Part shown: positions 37,964-50,161 of the stretch, piece after piece
Numbering within the stretch: position 1 is the first letter of the stretch
Layout of the letters: the number at the start of each line of letters is the position of its first letter
Origin: Nymphaea colorata
Lineage: Eukaryota
NCBI RefSeq assembly: GCF_008831285.2
Contig: NC_045138.2
Location: forward strand, 24,490,001-24,554,000
Direction of reading: 5' to 3'
DNA length: 64,000 nucleotides
Notes under the pieces: generated by a model
Told to the model about the DNA's origin: nothing
Seen by the model: the letters and a program-made list of their open reading frames with translations, nothing else
The model's database searches: none
Made by a program: the position numbers and the translations under genes

Positions 37964-39497
37964 CTATCCTCATCGGCAACGGTAGGTTATATAGAAATAT
38001 ATGTGGGGGAACTAGAATGCTGCCAAATGCGCTCACGGATATGTCGCTCCTGTCTAATAAACGCAAGCATGAACACTTTTGCGTAGAATTCCATTCTGTG
38101 ACGCCCTCATGTTTAGGACCAGAAATTAATGCGCTATGACTACGAGGCTTGGCTTGAAATGACATGTGACCTGAAACTCCCCAAGGCCACGATACACAAT
38201 TTTCAACAATGTGCAACAGATGATATAGATAATCATGATTCAATAATTTAAATGTGACAAGTCACCTAGCAGTATTCAAGGATAGTAAATGCCGTATGAT
38301 TTCAAGAAATATTTTTGGACGGACCACCCAATCCAAATTTGCTCACCATTCAATAATAAACGTTTTGCCCTCCAATTTGCATTTTTTTTGTAATTAATTG
38401 CGCTTCTTCCAAGGCCTTTGCTTCAAAATTTTATATTTCACACACGAATATGGTATGTAGTACTTGGAAAATAAGAAACTTAAATTTGCTAAGTCCACTT
38501 TCACAGGGACATTAGATCCACATTCTGTTCACCTCGCTCAACCATCAAGCGGTACAGATCAACAGAAGCCAACAAAACTGAACCAACAACAGAGTGGACA
38601 TTGCAAATCTTTTTGAAGAATATGATTTAGCAGACGACAAGACCTGCTCACTGTTTCCGATCGAGAGTTCCTGTTCATAACATAAAAAGTAGCACCCTTC
38701 GAGTTAAGTAAAACCAGTCTTACCCTCTGAAAAGCAAGTCCTGTTCACAAAAGAGGCCGAAACAGTCTTTATCCTTATGGCCAAGTTATTTGACGTCAAT
38801 TTCACACAAAATCTGCCGGTTGGGATCAATACTTTCACCGATTTCACAAGTCCACTCCCCAACAGTGGCGCGGTCGCTAGTTCAAGAACTAACCAAATAT
38901 ATAACCTTTATAACACGATTCAGAAAAGATGCATCTCGCCAACTCCATTTTACAGGAAGATTGAAACCCGAGATACACGGAACTGATACTGGAAAAGATA
39001 TCAGCTGTATCTAAGATCTGTCAGTTGGGACAAACAATTCTCAACAAAGAGATCAAGAGCAAGAATGAATGAGGGCTTGCCTACAAAAAATAAAAAGAAA
39101 TTCTCTACTCATCATGTTCTGTAGCAAAAAGATAAAGCGCTATAGCACTTTCCTCAGTAGCCAAGAAGTACAATGCCCCACATCTTCCATGGATCTTTTC
39201 TGTCGAAAATGAGACGTGGGGTCATTCCCCAACATAATTTGATATCACTAGTAATTCACTAATTTGTACATGATATCTAGGCTGCCATTACAACGAACTT
39301 GCAGAAAGGCAAGCATGCAGCCCAATGTGAAGAAGATAAAAACTTGAAAATATAACATGCGGGTGCAGCAATGGCTGTGCACAGACCTTCAAGCAGACAC
39401 AGCCAAAGGGGATGAAGCACCTCATCACTGATTTCCATTGGCTCCAAAAACCCCACCTGATTCATTACACAAAACGGCAGCGAACCAAATGAAAGGT

Positions 39498-39686
39498 TTA
39501 CGTATTTGGAGCAGATTCAGAACAGAAATGCTCCCACGTTTGGGTGAAGTTAGAGAATGGGCTATGTTGATGGTGCGGCCATAGTACGTGTTCTCGGTTG
39601 CAGGGGATCGGCGCAGGATGTGCGATGAAGGTTGGGATCTGCTGGCCAGGCATTAACACTGATACACCTTTTGCATACACAGACAT
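39498..39686 (-). CDS. Exon 2 (terminal) of single-TM protein with VLMPG..PTFIA.P motif
   Basis: Acceptor TTTCAG|ATG at 39687/39686; encodes MSVYAKGVSVLMPGQQIPTFIAHPAPIPC...APNT*. Phase 0 join to exon 1. Confidence 0.88.
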   Translation of the reverse strand: MSVYAKGVSVLMPGQQIPTFIAHPAPIPCNREHVLWPHHQHSPFSNFTQTWEHFCSESAPNT

Positions 39687-42167
39687 CTGAAACATAGCCG
39701 AACCAAATATCAGTGGAATCATGCAGAACCAAACAAAACATGAAATCATGGTGCTAATAGGATGAGAACGAGATCGAATGAATCCCAAAGCCAATATTCT
39801 GATAAGGCTTAACAAATACAATGCAGTTTGCGCAGCAAGCAGGGCAGTTAGATGCAATTAGTCTGAAGGTTTGTGCTTTTCAAAGGATTTAAGAACAAAG
39901 CCAAACATAGACCAAGGAAGCAAGAAAAAGTACACTTTGCAATAGCAGTTAAAACAGACTAGAGCTGGACTGAGTTCTCAGAGCAGCAAGCCAGCAAGAA
40001 CGTATAAATTATGTGTATTGATTTTCAGATCACACAATGCCATTCACTGAATTATTAAAAGCACTTCTTGGCAAGTTGAATAATTTCCCTACTTGTTGAA
40101 GCAAGTCTGCTTGAACCTTCACAAGTTTTGGATTCATATGGAGTGCAGATCAAGTCACCTAAAGGATGATCTGTACATGTGAAACATCTCAAAGACCACA
40201 CGCAAGAATTATGCCTGAAGCCCCATCAGAAAGGCAGTAAAGACCAATCACAGTACATGTTTACCCTGGTGCCATTTAACATTGAGAGGGTCACCTCCCA
40301 AGTATCCTAATCCACTCTCATTCATAAGTGGCAACTATAACAAACGTAGGAATGGTCCATACCAACTTCACAAGCTCTCTCAAAATGCCAATCATTCTCT
40401 CACATGGTGCCATAACTGCATTCACAAGCTTGCAAAAGGTGAGTCCTCGCATGAATTAAATGTAGACGTGAATCATGCATTCTTAGAGAAACCAAGCAGA
40501 TGTGACTTTCTTTGAAATTTTCAAACTTAGACATCTATCGCAAAAAGTAAAGTTTCTATAATGTATCGTGAAAATCTGAGATATTTGTACGGGAAGGGTT
40601 AATAAGGCATTAATCATGCCCACCTAGCCTTGTAGTCTGCAATAAGTGTATAAAGAACATATGTAAGGCTATGATTAAAAAACTACACGACCAATAAATA
40701 CTAGAAGCCCTTTTCATCAATAAAAAATATATAATAATGGGTGCAAGCAATATCATATATTCATATGGATCTTTGGAAACCTTTGCAATAAAATTGCAAT
40801 GCTTCTAAATATCGTCCATGCTTGACAAATTTGTGACCCAGATTTTTGAACTTTAAGTTAGATGATCATGACCACATAAAACCAAGCCGGGCCCAACGGG
40901 CCCTAAGCCAGCGAGCCCTGTCTGGCCATCGCCCAAGCACCATCATGAAGCGGTGTGAAAGCCACCCCAGCCAGCAGAACTTATCAACCCTGTTGGGTCA
41001 AGGAGGCTCATGTGGGGTCCCTAAACCTAGAATCCTAAGTCTACTCCATCCCTCCACGGCCTATCTAAAGTGGCTTAACAAATGGTGATATCAGAACTGT
41101 CACCACTAAACACCAAGCTTGGTCTGGAGTCTGGACCCACTTGACGCAACCACCTTGCAGCCCTATTAATCATTGAGACTTTGTTCCTTCTGCCCCAGAA
41201 TAGAGCGAGATGCCTTGTTTCTTGTTCCATTCCCATGGATACAAAGCCCCAGTTACTCTAACCATGTCTGTGGTGCTGGATTAGGTGCAACTGCAAATTG
41301 ACTAAAGAAGAAAAGAGAAGTAGCGATGGGAAAGCACTATGACAACGTTCCACAAATCCAAGCAGAGCCTCAGAAGAATGGGGCAGGCGCTCTTAAGGTG
41401 ACAGTTTTACGCAAGCTTAAGAACTAAACACAAAACTTTATTAACACGATCCACAATCCAGACCAAAAGGAGGAAGAATCGAAGACCAAGAAACATAGGC
41501 TCCAAGCAGTCACTCGAACCGAACCATCTAATATTGTTCAGAGGAGAAAACCATGCAAGCTCCGCTCTGCAATGCAACAACATGAACCGCCAAGATGGTA
41601 TTCTATACCAGAACCAAGCAACACCATGATAGAGAAATACTGGTGCCAATGCAACAGCTTGTTTGGCCCAAATTCCGGATTTCTCACACAAAGGCAGTAA
41701 CGTGCTCATTCTCTCTTCTCAATCCAAAGAGACTCGTCCAGACAAAGATTAAATCAAGTTTTAGATAAATCCAAGGACATAAATTGTGAAAATTCAGACC
41801 AATCAAGGCTGCCCAAGTTCAGGAATTATGCCACCAACACCAAACGGAGAATCCCTTTCTTTTTAGGCAAAATGACCAAAAACAAACATTTTCCCACCAA
41901 GAAAGTCCAGGAGCTCCTGATTTTCACCGTAAAAACCAACTTTGGGTTCTCCTTTCAGGCATCTGAAGCGATTGCACACTTTCTGCCGAGTCTTAAACAA
42001 GGACTGCGAATTTACCACCACCAAGAGAATGGGGCAAATCAATCACCCAAAACCCAGAAAGCATAACTCCCCTTTTTGTTTGAAGGGAGACCAAACTCCA
42101 CAAAGGTGAAAAAGAGGCAAAAAATGGAGGGGGAGGGGGAGGAGAGATGAGAGGAGAAAAAACTCAC

Positions 42168-42452
42168 GGTGGGAGGGGATCCCTCGAGCTTGCAGGGGAA
42201 GGCGTGGGCCAGCGGAGCCTCCGGATCGCCTAATCCACGAACCATAGCCGGCGGCTGCTGCTGCTGCGACCTCTGGCGCAGGAATCTCTCGAAAATGGCC
42301 ATGACGAGGAACATGGAGATGAGAATGGCAGTCGCCACAAAGCCGAATGAGATGGCGTTCACGGAGCTGTCGAAGTGCATCCAGTGCTCCTCCCTGCTGT
42401 CTGCCAGGGAAGGAGGGAGAGGGGGCTGCCCCCAACTGCTGCCCTCACTCAT
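42168..42452 (-). CDS. Exon 1 of uncharacterised single-pass membrane protein (157 aa total, 2481 nt intron)
   Basis: ATG at 42452; HWMHFDSSVNAISFGFVATAILISMFLVMAIFERFLR (TM segment followed by basic residues); donor ACC|GTGAGT at 42168/42167. Confidence 0.9.
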
Positions 42453-45209
42453 TTCCTCCTCTTCCAACACCCTTTTCTCTATTTACAGAAATCAGCAGAC
42501 TGCACTCTCATCTCTCATTGTTGGTCTTTGCTTCTCTGGCAGAAATCATGCTGCCGGCCAGAAAGAGAGAGAGAGAGGTGTGGATAAAGGGGGGGTGTTA
42601 CAGGGGATTTCTAATTGTTGGGGTGCATACCTTAGTGGCAGAAATCATGGTGGCGGTACAGTCCTCTTCTTCAATCCAAGAGAAAGAGAGAGGGCAGTAG
42701 CGTCCCAATGGAGGTAAGGCCAGCGGTATCAGCTCACGGTTTCTAGTGTCAAGTCCACCCTCACTGACCCGTCGGCCCAGCACTGCTCGGAGGTGTTTAT
42801 ATAATAGTGAGATATTTGGAAGTACCCTCACTTTGTGGGGAAGTCACGGTGGTACCATGTGTCCCTCCTTGTGTCCTGGCCGGCCTTTTTGGGTTCCAAC
42901 TTCAGCTGATTCGCTGTCCCTTACTAGTTCTGTATGCGTTTAGTTGAGCAGGGATCCGTTCATCATTGGCATACCATTACCTGTTACAATTGCAGTACCA
43001 ACTTTATACGTTATCTATTTATCTAATCCCTCTTCCCTTTAAGCTTTTATTTAATTGTATATAAACTTGTGTGTGTGTATATATACATATACAAATGTAT
43101 TTGAAGATGGTATTAGTTTGGATGATGAGTTCAGCCATGTTCAAGTCTTCGACCTTATGATGGCTTTCTTATCTGCTAACTGGACCAGTCTGGAGTGAGG
43201 AGCCACACTTTTTCCTTTTTTTTTTCTCTCTTGTTTACTTGATCTCACGATGTTGGTAGTGTAAATTCCCTTGCAAACAGAATCGGAAATCCAATTTGCA
43301 ACGTAATAATATTGATTTCATGGATAGAGAAACTAATAAAATTGTATGTCTAACTTTAAATCGGCATGGAAAACAAAAAATGTTCTTGTTTGGAAGAAAG
43401 AAACTCAAAAGTTTCTTATGATTCTCTTGGGGATGTCAATGCTAATTTGGGGTTTGACGTGCGGTAAAATGAAGCTGTCGTGGTTGCTTGTTGTATATGG
43501 TTGGATCCTTTTAGGGAAGGATAGAGGATGATTTGTCTGCATAATGCACTGTACGCTGGCTAGCGGACCAAACATTGGCCCCCATGGTGGATTCCTTCAT
43601 AAAGCGGTTCCTTTATAATTCTGTTTGTAGCTTTCAAGTTGGTGAAGGTCCTACTAATCTTGCAGAGTGGTTACTGGTGGTGGCTTATTGGCCCCATCCA
43701 TGTTTCCTACCTGTTAAATCTTGAGTTAAGTTCCTTGCCAACTTGAAGGTCTCAGAACAGCTTGAGGAAAGTTATACGTGTATATTATACTTTATTTTTT
43801 TTATACAAGTGGGGAGCAGATGCAAACAAGTTCAGAAGTGAAAAGCATACATTCCAAAACTCGAGATCTGAGTCCCAACCTTGTTCTTCTGCAATTTAAG
43901 CTTTTATATAGTATCATGGTAGTTAGTGGCAGTCAATGGCAGCGCCACATGTGGGCAGTTGTCTGCGCTTACCCATATAATTTGATTTATTATATAATCA
44001 CCTCGCCATATTTTACTATGTATATGAGGAATTATCAGGAAAATTTGACCTATCATGTATATACCTCGTATTTGAGGCATTTAAAATTATTTTCAAAAGT
44101 TTAAAAGTACATATATATAAAGAGGCTACCCAGATCATCTTGTTTTTTCTAAGCCAACTCACATCGACAGGTGTGGCGCCTCATCTGCGTGATGATCATG
44201 AGATTGCTACCACCGGTAGCCTGAAAGAATAATTAAGAAATGCCATTTGACGCATGAAGACATGGCGGCGTTGGACCTGCTATGGTTTGAAAAACATCCC
44301 TACGTTGAACACTCCGGCAGTGCACCAGCAAAATGTATGAGTGCGAACCTGAATCTTGTTGGAAGGCATCAATATTTTTTTAATATGTGAACAAAGTTTA
44401 GTTGTCAATGTATCAGAGACTAGTTTTAATGACACATTATTCTTTTAAAGCGGGCAAGATTTTTCTGTGAATGTACAAGTGACGCGTGAAGGGATGTAAA
44501 TGGGCCGATAAAATCGAACCATTGAATTGCAATCAAGAAAAAGCGGCTTCGAATCCTAGTCATGAGAATTTGATTGGGTATGTGGTCGAAGTGACCGAAC
44601 TCGAGGTTCGATAAGAATTCCATCTGATTATGTCATAAATTTTAGATCCAGTTCAAGGTTCCTACTTCTGTCTCCCAAGTTAAACATTAGTTTGAATCCA
44701 ATTAAAGATGGTGCAAACGACTCGATTCGTCCTCATTGTTTTCTAAGCTGACATCAGTATCTTCATCTCATTTGTATGCTGATGATATGAAGACATAGTA
44801 CCACAAGAGGTGAAGATAAGCAAGTTCTTTGTCAGATTAATATAAAAAAAATTACCTAAATATTATGGATGAACTACCACCGGGAAAGGGAGAATATTGA
44901 AAATCCGGCGAGGTTTTGGTTCCAAGCTCCGAAATCCGAACCAGCGCGCCGGGGGAAGGCATGGTGGCATCTCGGAATTTAAGGGCAATGTCAGGGCCAA
45001 GGAATGAACTGAAGTTCAACGGGAAAGAAATAGACGGAGACTCGCGACCCCCGTCTGAAGCAAGTAAATCGGAATTCTCAATAATAAATAAATAAATAAG
45101 CCCCACTTTATATATGAATCGCGAGGTTCCACTGGCACGGCGGACGTGGAAGCATCCGGGGCGCTGAAAAGTCCACGTAGGCTCGAAAATCGAGATGGTG
45201 GGAACTGTT

Positions 45210-45790
45210 CACGGCCACGTGTATAACCCATGGGGTCCACCTGTGGGTCCTCGAATGCAGGGAGTGTGCAGAAAGGAGTGCCCGAGGGTCCACATTTCTT
45301 TGACCGTCAGAAAATGGTAAAGAAAATGGCGAAAAGGTTAATTTGCAAGACCCATCTTTCATAATTCAGAAGGCGGCCCTTATGTTTCTAAGTTTTTGAA
45401 TACGCGCGCCCAGCTTAAGTTTTGCCGAGGACTACCAAAATGAAGCTCAGCTGGCGACTCCTATTGGAAATAAATAAAAATACGTCGGTTTTCTGGAAAT
45501 ATGGGAGTGAGGCTCCCTGTTCTGTAAAAAAACGAGAAAGCAGTCGCGGGGCTGCACGCTCGTCTCGCTCGAGCTGCATACCCACGCGTGTGAAGTCACG
45601 TGACATACCTGCTCCTGTACGAACAGCGGGAAGCGTGTTACGTACGCAATCACTGCGCGGGCGGGAAGGGCCCTTCTCTTTCTCTCTCTTCTGCGTCTAG
45701 GGTTTCGCTCGCCGCGCCTGAGGCGACTGCGACTCCTTTTCTGTTTCCCTTTTCTTCTTTTTCAAGTTCTCCGCCGGTGGTACGGACGAA
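45210..45790 (+). promoter_or_regulatory. GC/CpG-rich promoter-like region with putative first non-coding exon
   Basis: G-boxes CACGTG (45216, 45597), TCP-type GTGGACCC on the minus strand (~45233, ~45285), ACGCGT (45584), CT-rich Y-patch (~45673-45692), telo-box TAGGGTTT (45698) and candidate donor GTG|GTACGG (45780). Confidence 0.45.
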
Positions 45791-48700
45791 GAGAGGGAAG
45801 AAAAGCTAAAAGGAAGAAGTAAACAGTAGTAGTATAATGAAGAAAGCTTGTTTGACCTAATCTTCTCGCAACAGTGATTTCGTCGTTGTTATTTCGGATG
45901 ATATCTCTGTTGTTTCTTAAATATTTATTCTTTTGGAGAAGAGAATCGCGATTTACCTGTTAGCTTTGGAGATTTGATCGAGCCGGCTTTTTGTTTCCTT
46001 CTCATTTAAAAGTGTCGTAGTTTGTGATTTTTTGTGGACCGCGGATATAGACGGAGTCTCGGGCCTCTCGGCGTCTCGCCATCTCGGCATCTAATTCTGT
46101 GATTTGGCTGAAAAGACACCGTAAATCCCGCTGTTGCTCCCCCGGAAAAGGACGGGAGAGGTTTTTGTCGGTTCTTGGCTTGGAATCTCTTCTTCCTTTC
46201 TTTTTCTTTTTTCTTTGTGTGTACATCGTTTGAAAGGGAAGAAAGGAGAAAGTCCACAAGCTCTCCACAGCAATGGTTCTCTGGTGAGCCTCTTCCCTCC
46301 CGGTTTCTCCTCTATTTCTAGATCTAATAGATATTTGGCTTCGAGAGACGAACAATGGGATTATCTCCGTCTCGATCCTCTCTGGTCCGCCTCGTGACCC
46401 CATGCTCTGGGTGGGGCGCTGCTCTTGAGGGCGGGAGCCGGGAGGAGGAGGGGGACCCACCGGTGGACACGGCTACCCATCAATCAGGCTCAGCGTGGGA
46501 CCCGCACCTCGCTGTCCTTCTGTCTACTGGGAAACGGAGGCAGCCGTGTCTCTACTTTTAAAGTTCTACGACTGCTTTCTTCCATCGTTGGCTTTCCTTC
46601 CCTGTGTGGACAACCATCACGTGCGTAACACAGTAACTCTGGTGTTCAGAAGGCTTCATTTTTGCGGAACAGTGCGTGTTCATGTTCTCGCCGTTTTCTC
46701 CCGCGTGTGCTTCCAGAGAATCGGAGTCCTTTCTGGTGGCGGTTGAACCTGACGGCCGTCTTCTTCCGGTTTGAGTTAGAGTCCGTTCGCAGCAGTGGCA
46801 CCGATGTGGAAAGACTGAAAACATTATTTTGTTCGGCCTTGGCTAACATACTGTTCGGTTAGTATGATAAGTCAAGCTGAAAATCAACTTAAGGTCGTCT
46901 CACATCGTTAGGTGATTGAAGAATTTCAATCATGGGTTTGTTGCTGACAAAATAACCACATTAACTGCATTTGCAAGCTCACTTGCATGTTTTTCAAGAG
47001 AAAAGTTATTAACTTATTCATCAACAGTTCCTCTGTTCGATTGTTGAATAAATTTGAGAGAACATGCATAACAGGATGTTTGATAAAAAGAACATTATGT
47101 TTTGATAATATACTGTATTCCAAATTCAAATAATAGGTCATTTTCCAAGTCCCATTAATCAATGGCCTCGCCTTTCATTAGTGAACTCTCCCTCATTTTG
47201 TCATTCGATTGCGGCGGCGTCTACATTTTGCGGCTGGGTGATGGTGTCGTTTCGTCCTTCCACTTTCTTCTCACCTCTCTTATTTCGTTGTTTTTTGTTA
47301 GTTGTATTGTATATTTTCTTTTTTGCGGTTTGTTACAGTAATTAAGAAACTACTTGTTCCTAATTTTTGTATCTAAGGAACTTCTTGTTCTTAAATTTTG
47401 ATATACATTTTCATTTTCTTGACTCTTTCTCTCTCTCTCTTCTTTTGTTTACGATGATCATGTATAAACAATGATCATGTATTCCACATTGGAAAGGTGG
47501 TAGTTGAACTGCCCATTAATCAGATTCAAAACACTGACATCAAACATCAATGTCCATATATAAATCAAACGTTAGACAGAAGAACATGGTGAAAAAATTG
47601 AAAAGAAAGACTACTTTGTTAAGCACAAAATATTCTGGACAAAACGTCATTTTGCTTTTTTGTTGATTCAGACGGCACATTATGGTATATATTTATTATT
47701 AAATATGCATTCAGTGCGTATTATTGTTTCTTTTCCCCAAATTAACGGTCCAAGGTAATCATAAATGCTAACAGCTTGGGCTTTTCAATGAAAACCGGAC
47801 TTTAATTAAATTGATGAAATTCTTGTTCCTTACGCATTGTACCATTTCCCTATCGCTGTCCAACATAAAATTGACCACATTCTGTCTCAAAATAGACTAA
47901 TCATTCGGGTAGCCGTTACAACAGACACGCTGCCTAGATCTCTGTCTGACGCGAGGCTTTTTAGTGGCGGATACAGAGCCGCTCAAATCAATGCCGATAT
48001 AGATGTAAACCGTTCCGACCAGGGTCCGAGACATTGTTTACAAGATTCAACTTAATTGGATCTTTGTTAATTTCATTTTGACTCGTAGTCAAATTTAAAC
48101 TTGAACTTTTTAAAATTGAATCAAGATCCGATAAATGTAATGAAAATTTTACACATGATCAGGTGGAATCTGAATTGGGTCTTAAATGTCATTCAAATTC
48201 AGTCACATAAACCATACATTTAATTCAAGTCCAAGTCCCACGATTTAAGTAGACCCAGTTTTGGATCAGTAGTCAAATATTTCCATCTCATTCACACTCC
48301 GACTGTCGTCGTGTTTGACAAAACAAGAATTAAAATTAGAGAATTGATGACTAAAACCATCAAAGACATGTGCCCTAAAGAGAGATGAAAACATTATAAA
48401 ATTCTACAATCTTATTTCTACCTCCTAGGATATAATCATTATTCTTGAATTTTGAACCTATAATTTCAGAATCAAAGCTTTTTGTTTGATAAAGCAATTC
48501 TCATGTAATCAAAATGTAGAAACACAATCCTAACCTCATCAAACATCGCTCAACATTCCAAGCTTTTTCATGGTGTTGTAACACATAGGGTGGTCCTCAG
48601 GAAAACTTTTAATATAACTCTATTAAGCAGTAAGTATGGTACAATCTTATGTTAAAAACTTTCATGAGAACTTCAATTCCATATGGAGTACTCTGCTCTT

Positions 48701-49913
48701 CTACATCTTTTCGATGTCCGACGTGCTTTCCCAAAAAATATTTAGAATGATAGCCAATCATAAGCCGGAGTGTAATCTTTTTTCTCCACCCTTACTCGAT
48801 CATAACTTCATCCTACAAAACTTCATTGTCTTCATTCATTGGGCGTGAAGCCAAGTAGATATTCAATTCAATTCAATTGGCCACAATGCGGTCCCAAATG
48901 GGTCAGCTCGGGTATGAGGGATTTGTCATTTCAGTGGTACCAAATTTGACTTGGCCCCTATCTCTAATATGATGTACTTAATTTCCAGGATCCAAACCGC
49001 TTGCTTCATTATTGATCAACATATTGGTATTGTGCAGGACGATGCTCATGATTGAGTAACAGGAAAGGCAGTCTCAGTACAATCGACCACGTAGAATCTT
49101 ATCCCCTTTAACGCCACGTTTGTAGCCCTTCCTTCTCCTGAAAAATCATCATTCAAAATCACAGAGAATATTTCTCTCATAATTTGAGTCAATGGCGAAC
49201 GAAAGGGAATGGTGCGTTTGTGTCTTACATGACATTTTGATTCTCAGGTGGAAAGTCGACCTTCAAGACTTGGGAAACTGATTCCCCACGAGTGTCTGTC
49301 TAGCCACAAGTGCTGTCAATTCGTTTGACCTTTTCTCTTGTTTTCTTTGAAGTTGAATTGGGATCTTGTATATGATCATGCATGTCTAGTTTCTTGGTAA
49401 AATTCACACAGGGATGTGAATCTGATCAATCTGGGCTGAGTCTTTTAGGTGAAAGAAATAAGATCGACGACGGTAATGGCGTCAACCATGGGATGAAAAT
49501 TTCAATAAAAGATATCAAGGATCAAGTCAGAAAGAATTTGAATGGATGACAATGTTGGAATTTATTAAGGAGAACTGCAACCAAGCTTAGCTGGTTAATA
49601 AGGGCCCATAGCAGGATTCAGATCCATATCCATTTGACAATTGCACACAGATTCAATTCAAGGCAATAACCACGGCTACATATAGACTTTTCCTTTTGAA
49701 TGGTTTGGACATAAAAGTGCATTTAATCTATTAAGCATACGAAAGTCTGATGTTTTAATGTATTAACCATAGGCAACTAGCACATACCAACCATGGGAAA
49801 AGAATAAAAGCATGATAATTTCTCATCGTTAGGCAACTTCATGATATATTATATATCGACGGTAATCATGTTGTATTTAGTGTAACTTGTAAGAGGAACG
49901 TACCATATAAAAA

Positions 49914-50161
49914 TGCATGTGGACGTGCATGCATTTATATGTGCATGCATTTGTACTTGAGGAATGACATAGCTTTGTTGTTGATGCCGTGCGCCTGTGG
50001 GTTGGGTAGGGCGCACATATAAATGAGGCTGTCATGTGCTTTTGCGGGGTTGGGTCTGGACATCTTACCATGCATGCTCCCATGTGGGTAGGCATGGTAT
50101 GGTACGTGTTTGTTGGTCGGTACGTGAGGGTCATTGATTAACTCGCTTGCATGTGTGCATG
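49914..50161. promoter_or_regulatory. Cluster of RY (CATGCA/TGCATG) elements
   Basis: Sites at 49914, 49926, 49942, 50069, 50148 and 50156; three are the doubled TGCATGCA/CATGCATG form. Confidence 0.4.

Noticed and set aside
46802..46812. USE-like TTCCACATCGG (snRNA/Pol III promoter) on the minus strand
   Set aside because: Mismatch to TCCCACATCG and no TATA box at the required spacing.
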